From Tubulanus polymorphus (Eukaryota > Animalia > Nemertea), in contig NC_134025.1 of NCBI RefSeq assembly GCF_964204645.1, positions 27,632,299 through 27,696,298 of the forward strand: a stretch of 64,000 nucleotides of DNA. Reading direction: 5' to 3'. A program made the translations under genes and the position numbers. How positions within the stretch are numbered: position 1 is the stretch's first letter; each line of letters starts with the position of its first letter. Shown one piece after another: positions 54,023 to 64,000 of this stretch. Under the pieces are notes generated by a model, which searched no databases, had not been told where the DNA came from, and saw only the letters and a program-made list of their open reading frames with translations.

Positions 54023-57000
54023 ATGTCGGATTGTGTCAGAGTAGCGGTTAGAGTTCGTCCTTTCAATCAGGTAAAATAATCTTAATCATCACTGAAACAA
54101 TATCCAATTAGGTTTATAAAACATGTTTTTAGAGTCACGTTTTAACGAAAATTTACCATACGTATATCTAATACTATCAGAATTATCCAAACGTGTTTTC
54201 GGAATGTTTCTTGTAGTAATATATATGATATATATCTAATACCTTTAGAGGGAAAAGAACGCGAATTCAAAATGTATCCTTTCGATGCATGGGAATTCAA
54301 CAGACATTATCCACCCGAAAACTAAGCAAAGCAGGACTTTCGCGTTCGACTATTCGTATTGGTCACACGATGGATGTAGAGTCGATGATGCGGGAATTAG
54401 TGTGCCGGAATCCTCGTCTTCTCTGTATGCCGATCAGGTCAGCATTTTTCTCTTACATTATATTTTCCTCTCAGAAATTACACGAATTAGCTGCCGTATA
54501 TGTGTTTGAATCTGAATGAAAAATTTAAATCAGTTTCTATCCGCCGCGGTATAGCCAGTGTATAACGTCCTGCAATTTTATACATAATTCATACGGTACT
54601 GTGACTACCTGAAGCACACGCAATAACAATATAATTTTATGTCCATGCTCCCAATAACATCGAGTTCGTAGTCTGGCCATCGGATGCTCAAATCATGCCT
54701 ATCTATATAACTCATATTTTTCAGATGAAGGTTTTCAATGATCTTGGTCAAGGCGTTTTGGATAACGCTTGGAAAGGTTATAACGCGGCGCTATTCGCGT
54801 ACGGGCAAACGGGATCTGGTAAAAGCTATTCGATGATCGGGTATGGGGCCAATAAAGGTATCGTCCCTATTGCCTGTGAAAAACTCTTCCAAAAAATTGA
54901 AGAGAACAGAGATAACACAAAACAACTGCAGGTATATATGAATTAGGAAGGAATTAGCCTTGTACTTATGACACCGGTCACTCAATCTATTAGATTAAGC
55001 TATCTCAGTATGTCTTATGTGTAATGACTTTATTGTATTTACTTTCGTTTATTGACAATGTCCTTCAGCTTAAATTGAAAGTAAGCTCTAATTGTGAGCA
55101 AATAATAACTACTAATCTTGTGAATGTATCAGTGATGTATATCATGATTATTACGTATATGCGATGCATTATGTTGAATCGATTTCTACAATTTTTTTTT
55201 AATCATTTGCATAAGATATCTCTACGCGCAAGGCGATATAGATCTCAGTATATCAAATCAAAGTAGTTTTTAAATGAAATTCAGAACATGGCCTACGGCA
55301 CGAGAAAGTTTATTACTGGCATTATCCCTTTGATGAAATTACATATAGGTTCTCATGTTCTTTGATTCAGGTTTCGTTCAGCATGCTAGAAATTTATAAC
55401 GAACAAGTAAAAGACCTACTGGTTAAATCAAAACCGGAACGTGGGGGATTAAAGATTCGACAAAACCCCAAAACTGGATTTTATGTTGAGGGATTAAAGG
55501 TATAATAAAGCAAGTGAATTGATGATCGTACTCAGAAGTACGTTTTGCGTCTGCTATAACATGTAATCCAGTATCAATTTCATATTCCCATTTTACCATT
55601 TGATTAACAGCAATTCCCAGTGCGAAGTTACAAAAACATAGAAGAATTGATGGACCAAGGCACAATTAATAGGACAACAGCTTCGACGAATATGAACGCA
55701 ACCAGCAGCCGCTCACACATGGTCATAACTATCAGATTTAAACAGGTAGAAATGATCACGCGAAACTATTTACCACGTTCTCTCTGGCGTCCAATTCATT
55801 CACGCACGGGCTCTTCGTCTCATCTTCTTTAGGTTTTTCTAAACGAACACGGTGAAAGTACGACGAAAACTAGTGAGATAAATCTCGTAGATTTGGCAGG
55901 AAGCGAACGTGCTGATTCAACGGGGGCGACGGGGGACAGACTGAAGGAAGGTTCAGCAATTAATCTAAGTCTTACAACACTAGGAAATGTTATTAGGTAT
56001 TCATTTTAGCTCTTCCCTAATCATTAAATAATGATGGGGATTTCTTAATACCTGGAAATAAATGTATAAAATCCACCTTATTCTTATTTTCGCGTTCAAA
56101 ATCAGTTTTCAAATCGTTATTGTTTCTATCAATTTTCTGTAAAGCGCGCTCGTCGAAGAGTCGAAAGGAAAAAAGAAAGGGTTAGTGGTACCGTACAGAG
56201 ATTCGGTTCTGACTAAATTATTGCAGTCAGCATTAGGAGGGAACAGTAAAACTATAATGGTACGTAAAATTTATTTGATGTTGATTTTTGAGAAATCTTG
56301 AAATGAACGATAACAGATAAAAATCTAAACCCCAGTAAGGACAAATTCAGGTTTGAAATCTGGTATCATCAAAGTCAACTAAGGTCGTGTATTTTTTATC
56401 TTTATTTCTTATACTTTCTCGTCTTTGTGATACAATTTGTACATAATATTCTTTTCATTGCGTTCGATTATGGATATTCTTGATATAACAACTGAATTCA
56501 TGTTTTACAGATCGCTGCTCTCAGTCCAGCAGATATCAATTATGACGAAACTATGTCTACTCTCAAATTTGCGGACAGGTTCGTTTTATCGCTTCTTGAG
56601 AATTTTCTTATTTCGTTGGAAATAGTGAACATTTTAACAACTATTAATTCATTCTATACATGATAAAATCCAGGGCGAAAGCCATCCAGAATAAAGCAGT
56701 AATAAACGAAAGTCCGACCGATCGATTGATTCGGGAACTGAGAGAAGAGAATGCAAGATTGATGAGCCAGTTGAGTACCCAAGGAGGAACAGGTCGAGAT
56801 GTCAGACAAGAGGGTAATTGCCATCTTAACCTACACGGTCGCGTCCTCTTCAGCGCTGATAAATCAATGTATTTTTGCCACGTGTTTCATCCGTTTCATA
56901 TATGAGAATATGATTAATTTTCTGTCCGGGGATAGATATCTATCTGGCAACTGGACACAATTACCATTTTCGTGCAATAATTTAGATTTATGAAAAAAAG

Positions 57001-60000
57001 ATTCGTTTATTCATTACGTATTTTTATAGAATTAGAATATTTGATCGAAGAAAACAAGCGTCAGATGGATGACCAAGTCAAGTCATGGGAAGAAAGACTA
57101 GAAGAGGCGAGGTATGGTTGAAATATTATTAGATTTTTAATACAACTTGAATCCGATTCTTTGGAAGTTCCCGTTATTTAAATCATTAAATGTAAGATTT
57201 ATAGTTAATGTAGAAATCTTACATTTATCGTTTCATTTGGGATATTGTGATCTACTGATTCATACTTAAATCATTAAATCGTCAATTAAGGAGAGAATGG
57301 GAGAAAAGTGTCGATAAAACGAGCAAAGAGCGAAAAGTATCGACGACCGAAGATATGTGTCCTTATCTGCAGAACGTGAACGAGGATCCACAACTAAGCG
57401 GAGTAATCCGTTACTGTCTCAAAGGTAAGATGCTCGTGTCATCTACAGATGATTGATAATCTTGTCGGAAATGTGAATTATTAAATTTCATCGACAGGAA
57501 AGAAAGTCGTAGGAAGACCGGGTGTCAAAACCGTAGATATCGAAATGAGAGGGCTAGGGTAAGGACCAAACTGTATTTGCTACGTTGTATTGGCGTTTAT
57601 CTTGAATGCACAAAATCATTCCAAATAGTAATGTGGTGCTAATTTCCTAGGATTCAAGCGAGGCACGCGGTATTCTCAGTATCCGATAAAACAATTACTG
57701 TAGAACCGGCATCAGCGCAGGCTGTTGTAGTTATCAATGGAAAACAAGTCTCAAAACTATCTCAAATCAAGCACAAGGTGCGTTCAAAGATTGTATCTTA
57801 AAATAATGGTCATTTCAATGCGACTAAAAGATATTAGCAACTAAATTAATCGACATATTATGGAAATGGAAGGAAAATATGATTTTCTCTTCGATGATAT
57901 TTTGATAGGATCGAATAAAACTTGGATCAAATTGTCTATATTTGGTCATCGGTTTCCCGGAAGAACGGAAAATCGAAGATGGCGATTATGGAGATTTCGA
58001 TTACGATTTCTTCCAAACAGAACTCGCCGAAAAGTCGTCAATACCAACAAACGTAAAAGACTCCGATTCAGCTGCGTCTTTACAAGATCTCGGAAATACG
58101 GCTATTTTTCACGATTTCATCGCAATTCTCCCGAAAGTCTACGAAGCTAATGCGATGAGCGATGACATGAAAAAGGGAATTCGATTTGAACCGACAGTGA
58201 AGAATATGGCATCTCACGATAGTCTGGGACGGAGTAAAGCGAAAGAGATACTTGTGAAAGTCACAAACACTTCAACCAATCAGGTGCGATGGTGTAAACG
58301 TCATCGACTGAATTTCTAAAAATTGTCTGCCCTTATATTTACCCAGTTTTCCTCTTATATTTACGCTTGTTGAAGGTGTGGATGTGGCCGAAGGGTAAAT
58401 TTATCAACAGAAAATATCTGATTGAAGATATGTATCTGAAATGGCAGGATGGCGAGGATGTTGAATGTAGCAGGAAAGACGATCCATTCTGGGATCCGAT
58501 CGATGATATATTTCTTGGAAGGTATAACGCTTATCAAAATTGATCAATTCGAACCAAGGTTACACAAATATCTAAATAGTGACGTCAATATTATTGTGTT
58601 TTCTTGTTTTTGTTTCAGCTGCCACATTTGGTTACAGTGTTTGTCATATTGTATAGAGTTGGATGACTTTTTTGAAGTACAGAATTACCGAGGCGAGGAA
58701 GAAGCGTCTCTTAAAGTCGCTGTCAAACCGTGTGACGAACACGGCAAGTAAGTCCTCTCGATCGCGATTCATTCTACCGTCGAGAATCGATATTTTCATG
58801 ATCGAATTTGTTTTTACGAAGGCCCGTTGGTGACGAAGCGATGGTTCTGAATCCAGATGAACTTATCGGTAAACGCGTTGATCTGATAGTATCCGTAAGA
58901 GATTGTATGGGCTTAAAATGGATAAGAGAAGATAATTCAAGAGGGGTTTACTGCAGGTACACCAGAGAAAACAGTTTTACTAAACTATACCTATCGTAGC
59001 GATGGTTCTTACTTATGTTCCTTTGATTCTACGAAAACTTCTAAATTCCAGATTTTATTTCTACGACAGCAAGAAGATGTTCCGAACTAAGATAACGAAA
59101 GGTCAAACGAACTTTTCGTTTGATTTCAAAAAACAATTCACTATTCATTCAGTAACTGACGAAATTATGAATTACATTCAAACCAACGCGTTAGTCGTTG
59201 AACTGATGGGGACCCAAGGTAAATCCAACCCTCGACTTAACCTAAATATCGAACTGTTTTTCGTCGTTAAAACACTGTTTTCTATGCGGTATTACAGTGA
59301 GTTATGATAATGCAGAAACTGCAGCTCTCACAGAAGAAGATGACGCAACTGATAGTTGTTTTTCGTCCGAAGGAGATGGAGCAGAAATGGTATTTACAAC
59401 TGGCCAAATTTACTGCTTTTAGTAGATCAATTTTATTGCTAAATCCGACAAAACTAACCAAAGCAAAAATAACTTGACAGCCTATGACGATTCATGCTCA
59501 GCTTCTTTTAATAAATTCAATCCGATAAAATATTCATCTTCGTTATAGGTTGGTTATTCGGGAGATCAGTTGGCGTTGAAATTGAAGCTCAAGGTATACT
59601 ATTGAATGATTTTAATAGATTTTAGAAATTATCAAGATTCCACTATTCGTTGAGTCGAATTAATTTTCTATTGACAGATTGATGAAGTAGAAAGGTTGAA
59701 TAAGAAATGCGAAATTCTTAAATCTGAAAATATGAAACTGAAAGATGAAATGGGTAAACTGAAAGAGACCGCGCACCACATGACCAATGTAGGTCGGCGC
59801 CGAACTCCCTGTAAGTAAAATACCAGCCAGGAATCCATTTGGTCTAAATCTAGTGACCTCAAAATCATGTTAGTTTGAAAATGATTTGGCTTTAAACCGG
59901 CAATGATTCGATTAGTAAAAAGATATCAAACTGTATATTTTGTACTCTCGACATCAGGATTGTGTATAGATGGCATCATAAGCGAGTCTGTTCATAATTC

Positions 60001-60788
60001 GAATGATAACGAATGTTCGGCTTTCAACTTTCAGCTAACGCCAGTAGTATGACTATACAAGAATACATATACACGGAAGATCATCGTGATAAAGGAGGAA
60101 TTATTTTACCAAAAATAGACAACTATCCTCATAATATCCGTCATAATCAAGGACGAACGTCGCTGACCGATCACATGAACGCATTCAGTCCCTCTGTTTA
60201 CTTCACGAATAGGTCTCCTGACCGACAGTTTTCGATCAGTCCGCCTCATGTTTTTAGTCCCGATGTCAATATTCCCGTCACTGATAGACGCCCGTCTCTT
60301 GAAATAAAGAGTATGCCGTTAGTCAGTCCCGAAAGGCGATTTTCTCGCCGATTGTCCAAAGATATTACACTCGTAAAAGAGGCGAATGAACAAATTCATA
60401 AACCGCCTGCTCAGAAATCTACAATCGATCCGGTTTTGGTAAAAGCGTTGAAAGTATTCTTCAAGGAGATCAAGGACATTGAAAATATAATCATCATTTC
60501 AGAACAGACGTGTAAGTAAAATGACTGCGTTCTACAATGAATATTTTGATGATGTATTAATTCCTAATGGAGTGAAAAAGTATACATGTTATTTTTCATG
60601 TTTTGATATCGTCCCTACATATTTTTTCAGGCACAAGTCGTAACGAGCCGAATGTCACATTGGGGAAGTTACATGATGATATTTCACGCCTGCGTAAAGA
60701 ATTAAGTTCGTCCGTCGGTTCCCTAAAGTCTGCTCTCATGGAAACGATTAAAAAAATCCAACACCAGACATCTTCCTCTAATAAATAG
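54023..60788 (+). CDS. KIF28: Kinesin-3 family motor, KIF28/KLP-6-like
   Basis: About 23 exons (54023-54070, 54249-54437, 54725-54931, 55371-55499, 55611-55745, 55833-55996, 56145-56259, 56511-56578, ... 60035-60511, 60631-60788; later boundaries approximate). [24 protein letters not shown]-loop [58 protein letters not shown] + FHA-like region, DPFWDP; no PH or CAP-Gly tail seen. AATAAA at 60808. Confidence 0.85.
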
Positions 60789-63294
60789 CCAAATATAAAT
60801 AATTGTAAATAAAAGCATGTACAAATATTAATATATTGAAATACTCGGTTTCTTTCTGTATCAATTAATCTGTGATAGATATAATGCTTGTGCTCGAAAG
60901 CGAATGCTATAATTGGAAAAACAAAATAAATCTATTTTGATATTTTATATACTTAATATTCATGCTTCATGATGTCGAATATTTTATCATTGATTGTAAC
61001 ACGAGTTGAGTTAGTGGTGATCGTGTTTTTCTCCAGGAATTTCCGAGGCGATTGATTATTCGTTAATTATCGAGCGTTGGTGTATCTTTCGCCCACACAC
61101 TCTTTATAGCTATCGATTCACTGACAATGGATTTATTGCTTGATTTCCAAAGACGTAAATGAATTCTCTTTAAACAGAAGGCGATCAATCAGGAAAAAAA
61201 ATCATATTCCACGACGGTCACTTGGCAACGATGATCATTCTTAATAATAACGTGAATGTACCTCAATTACTATGATTGATTGAAGTTAATCGTATAAAAT
61301 CTTTTATCATCAACGATGGAAAATAACAAATCATAAATGGCAAGAACGGTTCGAAACCTGTTTGTCCGTATGATATCATTTCGACAGTATTGTATAAAAC
61401 CCCGAACACTGTAGATAGCAGCTACTCCTACGTGATAGATCCGTTGCAGTTAGCGACTGACCTATACATACTCAAAATAGACCGTTTCGGAGTTCGCATC
61501 CAGTATTTCCAGTATCCAGTATTCGCATCCAACATTTTTCCTTACACTAAAACAACATTTATATGTGAGCCAACGAGTGTGAATGATGCCGCGATTTAAC
61601 TAGATTTGAGGAAGCTAATAAGCCATAAGGCATGAACGTTATATGCAGTATAAAATTCAAACTGAAAATCTGCATGAAGGGTAACCATGTCGACAAATGC
61701 GAAACAAACAAAACTGAAATCTATTTATGAATCGCGAACATTTCGTGTTCATAAATGACAAGTGATGGACAGGCATTATGAATCTTTTAAATAACTCTGT
61801 TCGACTAATCTGCATATATTTTCCTGATCCATCATTCTTGTCGTGTAGTGAATTGTGACGACGGGTTTTTAATGGCGTGCATTTACGGGGCGTAGAAAGT
61901 TGTATATTTGGAACTTATTACAGCAAAGAGAAAGAACGAGGGTAATAGAAGATATTCTCTTTTTTATTGTGTTATTTATTGTATTCGGATTTACTATATG
62001 AAAACAAGAAAATTGAGAAAAATATGCTAAAAAGCTGTTTTTCAATTTTTCAGACATGATTTTCAAGGTAAACGTTTCGACATATATAAGAATGATATCA
62101 TAGACTGATATACATATCCCTGAACAACAGTTTTCTGCGACAAACGCTTTGCAGAAAAAAATACATTAACAAGTATAAGCAACATTCTGAAAACAACGAG
62201 AGACAATTCTTTTTCAATAACATTATTAACATGAGAAAATACTATTTTGAAATTTATGTACAAATTGATACGATATGTAAGGAATACCATTCTGAAATGT
62301 TGATATACATAAACATTCACGGTTTCCATTGAGTTCCATCTATATTTCATGGCCGCGTATTGGTTTTTGAATTATTTTCGTATTTGTGAAAAGAACAATT
62401 TTTCAAAACAGATCTATCGTCATGAGTTCGTGAATGAGAATAATTAGGAACGGTATCACACGGAATGCAACAATATAGAATAATCACACTTGTACATCTA
62501 AGGAAATAGCAGGAGACAGTTTGATATTAGACATATTCATGTTTACATATTCCCTTTCTTAATTCAGTTGAACAGGTACGAGTAAATGGGAACCCGGTAT
62601 AGATCCCCTAGAGTATACCTTATGTAGTATTTCTGTTTAAAAAATATGTCGACTGGATATTTTATATGGCATCATTTCATAGATCAACATTATTATATGC
62701 CCGATATGGGGGTCCTATTCACGCGTTGTTGCAGTAATTGGCCACACATAAAAGGATTAGACAACACCGTTGGCGTCCAATTGCTGGTGAATAACAGCCT
62801 AACAAAAATAGTTGCTTTACGAGTAGTTATGCACACAGTCAATCTGATTGTATTTTTATCATTTTTGGTGATGTGGATCAAATCAACGGTGGGGAACCAA
62901 ATCCTCAAAATTTCGAGATTCAAGATTACAACATCCGAATGAATTTAACAGCTTAAATACACGCGCGGATTACACGCTTGATTATCCGCCATCTGAGAAA
63001 GATTCGTTTCATCTTAAAAAATCAAATTAATTTTCATAGCCAGGAGAATTATCATTATCTGTTCCACAAAACGTTGCGGATTTAAACAAGAAAAATTTAA
63101 TACTAAAATAACCCATTATTGAATGTAGAATTAAAGGCAATCTAAAAATAATCTGAATCGTCAGTCTTATTCGAATCCAGATAAGCCTCCTCTCAGCAAA
63201 TTCATAAACCTTATCTTTGCAACTGAATTTATCGCAGTTGCCTAAAACTTACAGATTATATGAATATATCCAATATTCAAAATAAACACACTGT

Positions 63295-64000
63295 TCATTC
63301 AAGATCCATATAGTCTATCGGTTCCTCCCTAATGTCATCATCAAAACAATCGTCGAGAGAGTCTGGATGAGGGGGAGTTCTATTCGGTTGAGGACATGAT
63401 GGTCGGTCTGGGAGATGTTGTTCCTCTTCGTGTATCAATGGAGGTAGATGGTGTCCAGCCGTCATTCGGCGGGTTAAAGGCACTAACTTATTTCCCGTAT
63501 TCACCATTCTCGTATTTCTCGTGTTTAGATTCATTCGATGTCGATTTGAATTTGATCCGTATTTTCGCGACATGGACGGTGACTGATCCGCGTCATTCGA
63601 ATTGTTCGTACCGAATTTTCGAGAAGTTGGCGGTGATTCGGCTGGGTCCATTGGGAACTTTCGTGAGAGACTCGGAGAATCAGTATTTTCGCCGAACCGT
63701 TTTCGAGAAAGAGACGGAGAGTCACAGTTTTCTAAATATCCAAGTTTGCGAGGGAATTTCGGCGATTCCTTTGCCTCAAATTTATGAGACATTTTTGGCG
63801 AGCTGCGAATACTAGCGGGAGGACTCGGAGTCCTCCGTTTCAAATCTTTGTTGTTTATCCGTGAAAGTTCAATGTCTTCATCAGATTCCGGAGAAGGTGC
63901 GGATAGATCGGCGTATCGTTTACCGTCGCCGAAATTCTTCTCTTCAGAATTAACACACGTAAACGGAACATCCAAACCTTTATCGCGAGGAGACTCGCCA
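63295..64000 (-). CDS. Terminal exon of an unidentified Ser/Pro-rich, probably disordered protein (partial)
   Basis: Frame open from the window edge (GESPRDKGLDVPF...) to TGA at 63295; higher GC than flanks; followed by AT-rich UTR-like sequence. Confidence 0.75.
   Translation of the reverse strand, partial: GESPRDKGLDVPFTCVNSEEKNFGDGKRYADLSAPSPESDEDIELSRINNKDLKRRTPSPPASIRSSPKMSHKFEAKESPKFPRKLGYLENCDSPSLSRKRFGENTDSPSLSRKFPMDPAESPPTSRKFGTNNSNDADQSPSMSRKYGSNSNRHRMNLNTRNTRMVNTGNKLVPLTRRMTAGHHLPPLIHEEEQHLPDRPSCPQPNRTPPHPDSLDDCFDDDIREEPIDYMDLE

Overview
AT-rich, intron-containing eukaryotic (invertebrate animal, lophotrochozoan-like; species not determinable here) genomic DNA, not prokaryotic. 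Splicing the exons by hand gives, left to right: 3' end of a TOGARAM/crescerin gene (+); a Dispatched gene (-) spread over >=13 kb of repeat-rich introns; a 5'-truncated Penelope-like retroelement carrying a hammerhead-ribozyme motif; an intronless FMRFamide-receptor-like/Srw-type GPCR (+); a 24-exon Girdin/Daple (CCDC88) gene with a GBA motif and a WYEYGCV PDZ-binding end (+); a small secreted 6-Cys eclosion-hormone-like precursor with an unusual His/Lys/Arg-rich tail (+); a ~23-exon KIF28/KLP-6-like kinesin-3 (+); and the last exon of an unidentified Ser/Pro-rich protein (-). Also several MITE-like elements, (TA)n tracts and hairpins. All family assignments come from motif recognition by eye; no database search was run.
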